Source: an uncultured Candidatus Poseidoniales archaeon
Lineage (GTDB): Archaea > Thermoplasmatota > Poseidoniia > Poseidoniales > Poseidoniaceae
Reading direction: 5' to 3'
NCBI GenBank assembly: GCA_963968885.1
Contig: CAXAGT010000003.1
Coordinates: forward strand, 431-64,430
DNA: 64,000 nt
Under the pieces are notes generated by a model. It had not been told where the DNA came from. It made no database searches and worked only from the letters and a program-made list of their open reading frames with translations. Positions 27,464-37,539 of the stretch are shown piece after piece. The position numbers were made by a program, and so were the translations under genes. How positions within the stretch are numbered: position 1 is the first letter of the stretch; each line of letters opens with the position of its first letter.

Positions 27464-29251
27464 ATGAACGGCCTAGTGTTGGAAGAATTGGTGAGAACAG
27501 TGTCTGGGTATGGGATAGATGATGTTCCAAGCGTCACTTTAAGTGACGAGCAGTCCAGTTTACTCAAAGGACAAGATTTAGCACAAGCACAACTAATGGC
27601 TGAAAAGGTAATTCTAGTTGATGAGTATGATAACGTGATTGGTTCTGATTCAAAAATTGACACTCACTATGATGTGGGAAAATTGCATCGTGCCTTCTCC
27701 GTCCTTCTATTCAATTCAGAAGGTAAGTTATTACTTCAAAGAAGAGCACTAGACAAGGTAACCTTTCCTGGTGTTTGGGCTAATACATGTTGCTCTCATC
27801 CTTTGGCTAGCGAAGAAGAAATGAATCCTGATGGTTACATCGGAACTAAAGTTGCCGCAGTTAGGAAAATGGAGCAAGAATTAGGTATTAGTCCATCTCA
27901 AATATCAACCGGTGATTTGCAATTTGTTACAAAAATGCTATACCAAGCAAGAATGAATCGTGAATGGATTGAAAGAGAATTGGATCATATTCTAGTTATC
28001 AGAGCTGATGTTGATTTAAATCCAAATCCAAATGAAGTTTCTGAAGTAAAATGGGTAAATGCAGAAGAGTTACGAGACATGATAAGTCAACAAACTGAAG
28101 ATACTGGATATGTCGCTCCTTGGTTTAGATGCATTGCAGAAGATATCATGACTGCCGATTGGTGGGAGGCTGGTTCAACAGGTTCTGGGTTTGAAAAATT
28201 AGTTGATGGTAAAATCCATGACATGGGGGATGTGACTTTCCTTCTTCCAAATGCTGAACCTGCAAGTTACAAGACCTCATTGTTGGAAGTTATGCCGGCA
28301 GTAGAAAAAAGGATTGAAACCTCTCTCAGAAACACAAGTCACAAAAGATTGTCTGATGCTATGATGCATTTGATTGATGGCGGAGGTAAAAGAATGCGAG
28401 CAAGTCTTCCTTGGCTAGTTGCTAACGCGACTGGGAGATCACATTCCGGAATTATCGATGTGGGATCTGTAATCGAAATTATTCACAACTTTACTTTGGT
28501 TCATGACGATATAATGGATGATGATGACATAAGGAGAGGAAGAAATGCTGTTCACATAGAATATGATATGCCCACAGCAATCAATGCAGGAGATGCTATG
28601 CTAGCAATTGCCTTTGAGACTCTTTATGATGCAAAGAATATTTCAACAGAAGATACTGTTACAATTTTCAAGAAAATAGCATGGATGGTTCGCAGAGTAA
28701 GCGAAGGTCAACAATTAGATATAGAATTCGAGGATAGAGAAATTGTAGAAGAGGATGAGTATATCGAGATGATTCTAGGTAAAACCTCTGTCATGTTTAT
28801 CATCTGTGCGGAAATTGGTGCTTTCCTTTCTGGGTCAAATCAAGAGGTCGTTGATATGATGGCAAAATGGGGAGAAAATACAGGTATCTGTTTCCAACTT
28901 ATGGACGATATAATTGACATCATGTCATCGACTGAGGAATTAGGTAAGCCAGCAGGATCTGATATCGTACAAGGAAAAAAGACATTGATGGCTATCCACG
29001 CATTAAGACAACCAGACTCTCCAGCAAAACAAGCATTCTTGGCAGCATACAACAAAGGGGACGATTGTCCAAAAGAAATTAGAGATGCGGCTCATGATGC
29101 CTTACATGAATTAGGTTCAGTTGAATATGCAAAACAACGTGCAGTTGAATACCACTCTGCTGCACACGATATCTTGAATCAACTACCACATAGACCTGGT
29201 TTGGCTGTTCTGAGAGAATTAACCGATATTCAACTAAAAAGAATGGTTTGA
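27464..29251 (+). CDS. fusion of type-1 IPP isomerase (Nudix-type IDI) and geranylgeranyl diphosphate synthase
   Basis: N-terminal half has LHRAFSVLLFN..FPGVWANTCCSHPL. C-terminal half has the FARM motif LVHDDIMDDDDIRRGR and the SARM motif FQLMDDIID. Confidence 0.85.
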   Translation: MNGLVLEELVRTVSGYGIDDVPSVTLSDEQSSLLKGQDLAQAQLMAEKVILVDEYDNVIGSDSKIDTHYDVGKLHRAFSVLLFNSEGKLLLQRRALDKVTFPGVWANTCCSHPLASEEEMNPDGYIGTKVAAVRKMEQELGISPSQISTGDLQFVTKMLYQARMNREWIERELDHILVIRADVDLNPNPNEVSEVKWVNAEELRDMISQQTEDTGYVAPWFRCIAEDIMTADWWEAGSTGSGFEKLVDGKIHDMGDVTFLLPNAEPASYKTSLLEVMPAVEKRIETSLRNTSHKRLSDAMMHLIDGGGKRMRASLPWLVANATGRSHSGIIDVGSVIEIIHNFTLVHDDIMDDDDIRRGRNAVHIEYDMPTAINAGDAMLAIAFETLYDAKNISTEDTVTIFKKIAWMVRRVSEGQQLDIEFEDREIVEEDEYIEMILGKTSVMFIICAEIGAFLSGSNQEVVDMMAKWGENTGICFQLMDDIIDIMSSTEELGKPAGSDIVQGKKTLMAIHALRQPDSPAKQAFLAAYNKGDDCPKEIRDAAHDALHELGSVEYAKQRAVEYHSAAHDILNQLPHRPGLAVLRELTDIQLKRMV

Positions 29252-29998
29252 TTAGATATTCCTGATGTCAAACCTATCTCCTGACTGACTCATTGAATGA
29301 GTTGTAATTAATGGAATCATCTTGTTTGCAGTAGTTTTTGCATCTGTCAAATCTCCATTTCTGTGATAATCAACAAAATTCTGGTGTGCTGGGAAATCCT
29401 CAGGATTTGCTGAACGGATATCCTCTTGCATTCCTGTATCGACTATTCCGGGTGCAAATGCAATTGCTGAAATATTGTATTTTGCTCCTTCTTCAGCCAT
29501 ACATTTTGTCCACATATCCAAGCCTGCTTTTGAAACACAATACGCAGACCAGGCTTCTATGCTCCTAAGGCTGGCACCGGAAGATATTGTAGTAATCCTT
29601 GTTTGTTTTTCATGCTTCATTATCGGCATCAACTTATTTGTTAGAGATTGAACACTCGTCAAATTTACTTTGATTAGATTATCCCATTCATTTTGATCTA
29701 CATTCTCCATGCCCACAACAGGTCCAATTTGTCCTGCATTGTGGATTATTCCAGCAATAGATGACACGCTTTCAAGGATTTTAGAAGCGGCTGCAGTAAC
29801 CGATTCATCAATCCCCATGTCACATGCAATTACGCAACTAGAATCGGATAGTTTGGCAAGATTTTGTCCAGCCAATTTCAGCTCTTCTGATTCTCTAGCC
29901 AATCCGATTACGGTATTTCCATCTTTAGCGAGTCGGGTTGCGAATCCTAATCCTAGACCTTTGCTTGCCCCAGTTACCAACCACACATCTTCGAGCAT
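29252..29998 (-). CDS. short-chain dehydrogenase/reductase
   Basis: VTGASKGLG cofactor motif and YCVSKAG catalytic YxxxK. Confidence 0.8.
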   Translation of the reverse strand: MLEDVWLVTGASKGLGLGFATRLAKDGNTVIGLARESEELKLAGQNLAKLSDSSCVIACDMGIDESVTAAASKILESVSSIAGIIHNAGQIGPVVGMENVDQNEWDNLIKVNLTSVQSLTNKLMPIMKHEKQTRITTISSGASLRSIEAWSAYCVSKAGLDMWTKCMAEEGAKYNISAIAFAPGIVDTGMQEDIRSANPEDFPAHQNFVDYHRNGDLTDAKTTANKMIPLITTHSMSQSGDRFDIRNI

Positions 29999-30034
29999 GA
30001 ATGCCCTAGATGGGGCAAATTAATATGATGTTGC

Positions 30035-30898
30035 TCAAGAGTAATCGTAGAATCCTCTACCAGATTTTCTTCCAAGTAATCCTGCTGCTACCATTCTTCG
30101 CAAAAGAGGTGCTGCTCGGTATTTAGAATCACCAAGTCCCTCATAGAGAACATCCATGATGTGCAGGACAGTATCTAATCCAATAAAGTCAGCAAGAGTC
30201 AATGGACCCATAGGATGGTTCATTCCTAATTTCATAATTCCATCAATTGCTTCCTTTGTTGCAACTCCTTCCTGAAGACAAAAGATCGCTTCATTAAGCA
30301 TAGGGCATAATATTCTGTTTGAAATGAAACCTGGATAATCCTCACTGGTAAGTGGAACTTTACCCATTTTCTCGCTGGCTTCCACGACTGCTGCATTGGT
30401 CTCATCACTCGTCAATTCACCATTGATTATCTCAACTAATTTCATCAAAGGTACAGGATTCATGAAATGCATTCCAATTACTCTGTCAGGTCTGCTTGTA
30501 GATGCTGCAATTTCAGTAATTGAGATTGAGGATGTGTTGGATGCAAGGATTGTTTCAGGTTTGCATATTTGGTCTAGTTCTGAAAAAATCTCAGTTTTCA
30601 GTGAGAGAATTTCGGGAACCGCTTCGACAACCAAGTCCACATCTGCACAAACATCTCTTGATGTTGAAGTAGTGATTCTTGCTCTAGCAGCATCAGCATC
30701 ATCTTGAGTCATTCGCTCTTTTGAAACAAGTTTAGCCAGCGATTTCTCGATGGTTGCAATCCCTCTGTCTACAAATTCTTGTTTGATGTCGATCATGATA
30801 ACATCATAACCTGCACAGGCTGCTACTTGTGTTATACCATTTCCCATTTGACCTGCGCCCAAAACTGCCATCTTTTCTATGCTCATTGACATCCCCAA
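30035..30898 (-). CDS. hbd: 3-hydroxyacyl/3-hydroxybutyryl-CoA dehydrogenase
   Basis: [11 protein letters not shown] Rossmann motif, [15 protein letters not shown], and a C-terminal dimerisation domain. Confidence 0.88.
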   Translation of the reverse strand: MGMSMSIEKMAVLGAGQMGNGITQVAACAGYDVIMIDIKQEFVDRGIATIEKSLAKLVSKERMTQDDADAARARITTSTSRDVCADVDLVVEAVPEILSLKTEIFSELDQICKPETILASNTSSISITEIAASTSRPDRVIGMHFMNPVPLMKLVEIINGELTSDETNAAVVEASEKMGKVPLTSEDYPGFISNRILCPMLNEAIFCLQEGVATKEAIDGIMKLGMNHPMGPLTLADFIGLDTVLHIMDVLYEGLGDSKYRAAPLLRRMVAAGLLGRKSGRGFYDYS

Positions 30899-30918
30899 AT
30901 GTCGGCAATTGATGAACC

Positions 30919-32076
30919 CTACGAATTCTCCATTCTCATGATAATAGGCTTAGCGATTTTGATACTTATGAATCTAAATATCGACCAGTTTAACCTTCTA
31001 AACCAGTTTAGATTCTTGGTGTAAACCATAGTATATTCGGGAACTGAGATGCCTCCACGTAACTTTTTGAATTCCATAGCACCAGAACTTGCGTGTCTTC
31101 GTAATTGATGCTCAGAGCAAAATGTTGCAATTCTAGCTGTTATTACCCTGTAAAGGTCATCAGAAAATTCCTGATTAAAATCATAGCCGAGAATTGGATT
31201 AGTTGACAATCCATCTATGGTAAACATCCCCAAGACTCCTACCATTTCATCATCTTTGTACAATAGGTGGTAAGTGTAGATCTCGTTTTGTATAGTTCCT
31301 AAGAAGTAGTCCAGAGTGAACTGTGGATTGTATTTTGAGTATTTATCCAAGTATAATTGGTCATACAGATTCTTTACCCTCAAAGCCTGTTCTTCAGTTA
31401 ACTCATCAACCATCTCCCAATGTAATCCATGCTCTTTTTGTAATTTCAAGTCTCTATTAATTTGCCTTCTATTGGCTCTCTTGTAGTCAGAGAGTTTTGT
31501 GTGGGGGAAAAGAATAATATTTCTCGAAAAAATCCTCTTGAATCCATAATCGACAAGATACTGCTCCAAATCTGAACATGTTGTCGAATTAATCGATCGG
31601 AATATGATTGCATCTTTCTTGTTATTTTTCAGTACATTATCTATGATTTGTCCGAACTCATCCAAATTAGGATTCTTAGGATATAGATTGGTTGATATTC
31701 CCCAATTATTGAGCATGATGGAATTATCTATTTTTGCCATTCGAAGGAATAAGGCAAGTGTCTCAAGCATAGGATAAACAATGAATCGGCTAAAGCCTAA
31801 ATTTTCTATCTCAATTTCTCTTTTTGCGTAGTGGTAATTATGGCTCATTTGAGATACAGTGTAGCAAGCTTTCTTATTTTTCATCGAGTTTTTAGTGTAA
31901 GGCAATATAGTAGAACCAGATGATAAAAAACCACTTTCACAGTTGAAATTGGACACAAAATCATTGAGATTTCTTTCCTTCAACATCTCTGCAAAGGAAT
32001 CAATTTTTTGGCTGAAGGTCTTGTTTTCCACTAATTTTATTGACGACATTCTATTTAACAAATTTTCTCCATTCAT
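30919..32076 (-). CDS. hypothetical protein, possible Fem/CelD-type GNAT-fold acyl- or aminoacyl-transferase
   Basis: The C-terminal third ([34 protein letters not shown]) recalls FemAB/CelD-like acetyltransferase domains, which is weak evidence. Start set at the Met preceded by GGAG. Confidence 0.35.
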   Translation of the reverse strand: MNGENLLNRMSSIKLVENKTFSQKIDSFAEMLKERNLNDFVSNFNCESGFLSSGSTILPYTKNSMKNKKACYTVSQMSHNYHYAKREIEIENLGFSRFIVYPMLETLALFLRMAKIDNSIMLNNWGISTNLYPKNPNLDEFGQIIDNVLKNNKKDAIIFRSINSTTCSDLEQYLVDYGFKRIFSRNIILFPHTKLSDYKRANRRQINRDLKLQKEHGLHWEMVDELTEEQALRVKNLYDQLYLDKYSKYNPQFTLDYFLGTIQNEIYTYHLLYKDDEMVGVLGMFTIDGLSTNPILGYDFNQEFSDDLYRVITARIATFCSEHQLRRHASSGAMEFKKLRGGISVPEYTMVYTKNLNWFRRLNWSIFRFISIKIAKPIIMRMENS

Positions 32077-32163
32077 TTTTCTCCTGGAATAGTAAATTCC
32101 ATCCATGTGATAACTGGGGAAATCCGGAACAAGATTGATTTGTTTAGTTTACTCTTACCAACT

Positions 32164-33303
32164 ATGGCAAGGGTGCTGGTGTCTTGTGGTAGGGCTCCAG
32201 CAGCGATACATCTTGCAAAACTATTCTCTCTTGCTGGGCATGAAGTAATCATTGCAGATTCCAATCGGTTCCATTTTGGCAGATATAGAAAATGGGCACA
32301 CAAGATAATGAAACATCCATCCCCAAGGCATAATCCCGATGAATTTGTTTCTTGGCTAAATGATGTGATTAAGACTGAAAAAATTGATTTAATTGTTCCA
32401 GTGTATGAAGAAACGTTTCATTTTTCTTATCACAAAGATTCAATTCCATGCAAAATATTTACTTCAGATATAGATATCCTTGATACACTACACGATAAGT
32501 TTAGATTCATAGAATTCTGTAAATCAATTGGCTTAGATGTGCCTGAGACGGTAAAAATAACCGATGTTAATGAATTAGAAAATTCACCAATTGATGATTT
32601 CATTGCCAAACCAGTATACTCAAGATTTGGTCATAATGTACAATTCAATCCCACAGCCAAAAACTTTCGAGGAAAGATCAGCAATGATAGACCTTGGATA
32701 TTGCAAGAACGGGTTCATGGAGTACAATATTGCTTGCAAGGTATTTGCTTTGAAGGAAAAGTCCTGTCAGTCTCTTGTTATGGTAGTGAATTTACCGTAT
32801 CAAAGTCTTCAGTTCTTTTCAAGAATAATGAGCGAGGAGACATTGGCGGAATTATAGCAAAGGTCGCAAAAGAGCTGAACTATACTGGCTTCATTTGTTT
32901 TGATGTATTCGAATCTGAAGATGGGCGAATATTACCTATAGAATGTAATCCACGGGCTACAAGTGCACTTCATCTTTATTCCGATAATGATAACTTAGCA
33001 GGTTGTATATTGGAGAATCAACAAATTGAGGCTACTGGAATTGCTCGTAGAATCACTGCTCCTATGTACATCAACCTATCAAGGAATCTGTTCAAGAAAG
33101 GACATTTCAAGAAATGGCGAAGGGCAATGAGAGAATCAAAAAGTACTGAATTAGACCGGTTTTCAATTAGAATTTCTTTACTAAAATATCTGGTTTTATT
33201 GAATTTCATAACCGTTGCACTAAGAAATAGAATTTCCATAATTTCGGCTACGAGTTTTGAGTATGAATGGAATGAAGACGAAAAAAAACGGGTGAATCTT
33301 TAA
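32164..33303 (+). CDS. ATP-grasp family ligase
   Basis: Pre-ATP-grasp region RVLVSCGRAPAAIHLAKLFSLAGHEVIIADS, central WILQERVHGVQYCLQG, and ILPIECNPRATSALHLY. Confidence 0.7.
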   Translation: MARVLVSCGRAPAAIHLAKLFSLAGHEVIIADSNRFHFGRYRKWAHKIMKHPSPRHNPDEFVSWLNDVIKTEKIDLIVPVYEETFHFSYHKDSIPCKIFTSDIDILDTLHDKFRFIEFCKSIGLDVPETVKITDVNELENSPIDDFIAKPVYSRFGHNVQFNPTAKNFRGKISNDRPWILQERVHGVQYCLQGICFEGKVLSVSCYGSEFTVSKSSVLFKNNERGDIGGIIAKVAKELNYTGFICFDVFESEDGRILPIECNPRATSALHLYSDNDNLAGCILENQQIEATGIARRITAPMYINLSRNLFKKGHFKKWRRAMRESKSTELDRFSIRISLLKYLVLLNFITVALRNRISIISATSFEYEWNEDEKKRVNL

Positions 33304-33340
33304 TTGTGTAATTTTCACAAAGCGAGGTAGGTGAGATAAT

Positions 33341-34351
33341 TTGTTTACACAGATTAGTGGTTTTGCCTCTTATCTACCAAGCAAAGTTGTCAATACAGAA
33401 GACTTCGCTCCCCAAGGACGCCTGCCTCAGAAAATCGATTTGAAGAGGCTTACCAAAATCAAGACTCATCACGAAGCTGATGAATCTGAGAGTTCGATTT
33501 CAATGGCTATCGAAGCGGCAAAAAAAGCAATTGGGAGATCTAAAATTGATTTATCTGAAATAGATCTCGTCATCTATTGTGCAGTCTCTAAAATGAATGA
33601 TAAATTAGAGCAATTAATTTCGCCTTCAATGGCTTCTGTAATTTGTGATGAATTAGGAATTAATGTGCGCTCCTTTGATGTCTCAAACGCATGTTCGGGA
33701 ATGGTTACAGGTCTTATGATTGCTAACTCTCAAGTTCAATCTGGTGCCTGTAAAAACGCATTGGTATTGTCGGGAGAATACCTCTCGCCTGCTCTATATG
33801 AAGCACTATCCCGAAATTTATATCTCAACAAGAAAGCAATTCCAAGCCTAACTATTGGTGATGCTGGTTGTGCCTATGTTATATCACAATCCAAAGAGCA
33901 ACGAATAAATTTTTACGAGCCGGTTACTTTGTCAAAATATGATGATATGTGCATCGCTGAGGCTGCTAAAGGTATGAAAGGGCCAGCGATGAGAACAGAT
34001 GGTAGGGGATTGCAGAATGCAGGACTGACTAATCTTGGTCCATACCTTAGAAGAAATATTACATCGGATGCATGGGATGAATATGCACACGTTATTTCCC
34101 ACCAAACCTCTCCTCGTGCGGTTGGCAAAGGAGCGGATATTGCAGGGAGTATTTTTGGAACACCAGAAAAGGTTAGATCTACTGATCACGCAGGAAATAC
34201 TGCCTCCACAACTCATGGTGTTGTCCTAGAGAATTTGCTATCCAATAATTCAATTCAAGGAGATCAAAGGATATTATTGGTGGCTTTTGGTAGTGGATTG
34301 AGCATGATTGGTGTAGACTTCATGACTCCAAAGGAGGCAGGTTCTTGGTAA
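33341..34351 (+). CDS. KASIII (FabH)-like condensing enzyme with intact Cys-His-Asn triad
   Basis: SNACSGM (Cys), VISHQTS (His) and HAGNTAS (Asn). TTG start preceded by AGGTGAG. Confidence 0.75.
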   Translation: MFTQISGFASYLPSKVVNTEDFAPQGRLPQKIDLKRLTKIKTHHEADESESSISMAIEAAKKAIGRSKIDLSEIDLVIYCAVSKMNDKLEQLISPSMASVICDELGINVRSFDVSNACSGMVTGLMIANSQVQSGACKNALVLSGEYLSPALYEALSRNLYLNKKAIPSLTIGDAGCAYVISQSKEQRINFYEPVTLSKYDDMCIAEAAKGMKGPAMRTDGRGLQNAGLTNLGPYLRRNITSDAWDEYAHVISHQTSPRAVGKGADIAGSIFGTPEKVRSTDHAGNTASTTHGVVLENLLSNNSIQGDQRILLVAFGSGLSMIGVDFMTPKEAGSW

Positions 34352-35055
34352 GCCTAGTTGCTTGGAGTAAGATTAGCATCGGGTCAAGGAACCCTGCTAA
34401 GAATATTGCAAAAATGGCAACTGCGTTTTTACAGGAAAATAGTATCAATAAATCAGATATTGGACTTTTGATTCATTCTGGAGTGTACAGAATAAATTTC
34501 AGAGCAGAGCCTGCTTTTGCTCCTAATATACAGAAATATATGGGGTTAGGCGACGATGAAATATCATACCAAAGCAATCACGTTTTTTCATTTGATGTCT
34601 TAGATGGGACCTGTGGTCCTCATCATGCAATTCAGACTATTTCTGACATGTTTCAATATGTTAATTGCAAATATGCTATTTTGGTTGTCTCTGACGAGAA
34701 ACCAAATTCTCTGCATAAGTCTGGAGATTTTTCTTCATGCATTATTTGCGTATTCGCCAAAGACGGGAATTTCAAATTACAAGAATCCAAATTCTGGAAT
34801 ATAGATGGAGAATTGCCTACTACATACGCCTCATTCAACGGGAAACAACATTACCTAAACCCTCCGAACAACCTTGTTAATGAACAAGGTGTCCAAGATA
34901 ACAACTCTTTTTCCTCCGATTCAAATTTGTCAAGCGCAAACAAAATGATCGATTTTTTCAATTGGGCAAATGGGAAAATAGGTACTGTTGAACACATAAT
35001 CAATGATGTTAATGGTAAAAATAGTTCCTTGGTTTGGAGGATAGATGATGCATAG
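34345..35055 (+). CDS. truncated thiolase-fold protein (N-terminal half only), probable non-catalytic partner
   Basis: Resembles the FabH N-terminal half (IGLLIHSGVYR..EPAFAPNIQKYMGL..FDVLDGTCGP) but has no HQ or GNT motif. TTG start 7 nt after AAGGAGG, overlapping the upstream stop. Confidence 0.45.
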   Translation: MVSLVAWSKISIGSRNPAKNIAKMATAFLQENSINKSDIGLLIHSGVYRINFRAEPAFAPNIQKYMGLGDDEISYQSNHVFSFDVLDGTCGPHHAIQTISDMFQYVNCKYAILVVSDEKPNSLHKSGDFSSCIICVFAKDGNFKLQESKFWNIDGELPTTYASFNGKQHYLNPPNNLVNEQGVQDNNSFSSDSNLSSANKMIDFFNWANGKIGTVEHIINDVNGKNSSLVWRIDDA

Positions 35056-36640
35056 GGAGAAATTCCTCTATTGGTTCTGTGCATTTTCTGCTCTCTATCA
35101 TTTTACTTCAAGAGTTGGAATGTCAATCGACATTCAATGGCACACCGACGTGGGAAGAGATGAATTCCTTACTCCACCTCATGTGATGGTACTAGCTGGC
35201 TTACCAGTATGTATTATTCTGTGCTTATACTATATCCTCTCAAGTAAAAAAATTAGACAAGAATTAATTGTTGAAAATGATACAGAGTACAATTTCTTTG
35301 GTTTTTTTGCACCAATTGAGATTTGGTTTACTCTTGTCGGCATGTTAACGATAATTGTCGGAGCATTTTACGATAATTATTGGCATGCACAATTTGGTGT
35401 TGATACTACGATAGTAACGCCTCCACACATGCTTACCTTATCTGGGGGTATGATTGCGGAATTTTCTGCTATTCTTCTCATACATAGATATTTGAAAGAG
35501 TCTGGCAAGAAAATTGATGCGATAATGACGATTTCGCTTCTTCTGCTACTCTGGACTTTGTTATTCCACCTTTCATTTGCATCACTGAATTTCATGGATT
35601 CAAGATATGTCTTTACCGAAGTATTTGGGTTCAACCTTATGCTTCACTTTTTTGTTGCTCCAGTAATTCTTTTCTTTATGATCAAACTTTGCAAAGATTT
35701 CTTTGGAGAACTGAAACTAATACAATTCGGATTGGTAACGCTGGCAATTCAAGCCTTCTTGTTGGTGATGAATCCGATTTTCGTTGATTTACTCATGAAC
35801 GAAGGTCATGTGTACAGACCTGGAGCGCCTACTCCTGTTTGGAGTGCGCATTCAGTTACATGGCTATTCTTGCCACTGTGTCTGTTGAATGTTAAATTCA
35901 ATCTAACTGAAAAACCATTAATTTTCATCCCAATACTCTTAGCCAGTGATGTATTATTTTCTCCATTCTCTCCTCAGTTCTTTGCTTTCGAAAAAGGAAT
36001 ACCAACATTATTTGCAAATATCATTCTTGCATGGATCTTTACCCACTTGATGGTAAGAGTTGTGACAATCTATCTCGAGGACCTGTCAGGCAGTGAAACA
36101 AAATCAAGAGGATTATCTCCTAACCTAACTCCAGTGATTGCTGTTTTGATGATATTATTAGTATCTCCAGTTTCTGCTCATCATCCAACCTTCATTCCAG
36201 GTAATGGTCTTGATGCTCCTATGAGAGTTCAAACCCACTTAGATGATACAATCGTCGAGGTTGAATTCATGCTTTGGCCTCCAAAAGCACCTCAACATTG
36301 TGAAATAATGCTACTTGCAACAGAATCTGAACAAGATGTTGAATCACTGTGGATAGAGATTTTATTCGAAGATGAATTAGATGATGTAATAATGCCTCAA
36401 GATTTTGAGAAGTTTACTGACCAGGATATTTGGTTAGGGGACGTTAGATTTACATTTAGTGGAAATCAAACCATCATAGTAAAAGGAATGATCGACGGAG
36501 AGTTGCGAGAGGATAGTTTCCAAATTGACGTAGAAGAGCCTACTACGGTTCCAGTTTGGCTTGGTTGGCTTATTTCTACTCTATGGGCATCGGGTTTGAT
36601 TTACTTGCCTTGGAGATTTGCTAAGAGGCCACTATCATGA
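35045..36640 (+). CDS. polytopic membrane protein with duplicated WH...TPPH motif and a C-terminal extracytoplasmic domain
   Basis: At least 10 predicted TM helices. A soluble stretch of about 140 aa sits between the last two TM helices. GGAGG lies 4 nt upstream, and the start overlaps the upstream stop. Confidence 0.5.
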   Translation: MMHREKFLYWFCAFSALYHFTSRVGMSIDIQWHTDVGRDEFLTPPHVMVLAGLPVCIILCLYYILSSKKIRQELIVENDTEYNFFGFFAPIEIWFTLVGMLTIIVGAFYDNYWHAQFGVDTTIVTPPHMLTLSGGMIAEFSAILLIHRYLKESGKKIDAIMTISLLLLLWTLLFHLSFASLNFMDSRYVFTEVFGFNLMLHFFVAPVILFFMIKLCKDFFGELKLIQFGLVTLAIQAFLLVMNPIFVDLLMNEGHVYRPGAPTPVWSAHSVTWLFLPLCLLNVKFNLTEKPLIFIPILLASDVLFSPFSPQFFAFEKGIPTLFANIILAWIFTHLMVRVVTIYLEDLSGSETKSRGLSPNLTPVIAVLMILLVSPVSAHHPTFIPGNGLDAPMRVQTHLDDTIVEVEFMLWPPKAPQHCEIMLLATESEQDVESLWIEILFEDELDDVIMPQDFEKFTDQDIWLGDVRFTFSGNQTIIVKGMIDGELREDSFQIDVEEPTTVPVWLGWLISTLWASGLIYLPWRFAKRPLS

Positions 36641-37539
36641 GAGTACTAGTAAGCGGTGCTACTGGCTCTCTTGGTAGTCAAATATTGAATAGGCTTGCTG
36701 GTAAGTATGAATTAGGTGGTATCTCAAGAAACTCAGACAAAATCGAGAATCTTGGATTAGATTGCAAGGGCTTCTCTCTTGATTTAGTTAAAGACGATAT
36801 TAGCGATGCATTGCAAGGTTTTGATGTCTTCATTCATTGCGCTGCATTTGCCTCTGCTCACGGTGACAAAACTCAATTTGATGCAAATGTCTTGATGATC
36901 GAAAATATCCTCCCTGCTTTAGAAGAAGCTGGAATATTCACCATATTCATTTCATCTGCATCAATATTCGATGATATGCCACGAAATGAATTACAAACAA
37001 ATCCTAATATTCGTCCAAAATCTTTCTATTCAAAGTCAAAGTATGATTGTGAAAAAGTAATTCTCGAAACATCATACAAGAACTGGACAGGACTTCGTCC
37101 CAGAGCAGTTATTGGAAAAGGTGATCAAACCCTTGCTCCAAAATTAAACAATTTGATCAAAAAGAAAAGAGTAATAATTCCTGGTAATGGTGACTCATTG
37201 CTTGATTATACAACTATGAGTGATTTTCTCGATTCTGTTGAATGCTCTATAGAAGCGCAAGCAAAAGGGAGATTTTACAATATTTCCAGCGGAAAGCCGT
37301 TAACATTCAAGTCCATGATCATGGAATATGCCAGCAAAGTTCACGGTGTTGAAAAAAGTCGTAGTGTTCCTTTACTCCCTTTGCGAATCCTATCCTCTAT
37401 TGCTCCAAACCAAAGAATAAATCATTATTCACTAGACCAGATTACTAAACCAATGAGATTAGATATCTCAGAGAGTGTAAGGGATTTAGGTTGGTCTCCA
37501 AAACAGACTTTTTCTGAATGCTTGGAGGAGTTAATATGA
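36637..37539 (+). CDS. NAD-dependent epimerase/dehydratase-family (extended SDR) protein
   Basis: VSGATGSLGS (GxxGxxG) and YSKSKYDCE (YxxxK). ATGA overlap with the upstream gene. Confidence 0.8.
   Translation: MRVLVSGATGSLGSQILNRLAGKYELGGISRNSDKIENLGLDCKGFSLDLVKDDISDALQGFDVFIHCAAFASAHGDKTQFDANVLMIENILPALEEAGIFTIFISSASIFDDMPRNELQTNPNIRPKSFYSKSKYDCEKVILETSYKNWTGLRPRAVIGKGDQTLAPKLNNLIKKKRVIIPGNGDSLLDYTTMSDFLDSVECSIEAQAKGRFYNISSGKPLTFKSMIMEYASKVHGVEKSRSVPLLPLRILSSIAPNQRINHYSLDQITKPMRLDISESVRDLGWSPKQTFSECLEELI

Noticed and set aside
32107-32163. GTG start at 32107 for the ATP-grasp gene, back to back with the ATG at 32106 of the divergent gene
   Set aside because: It would leave no intergenic space for two divergent promoters. 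The internal starts (32164 and 32076, the latter with GGAG upstream) are more plausible.
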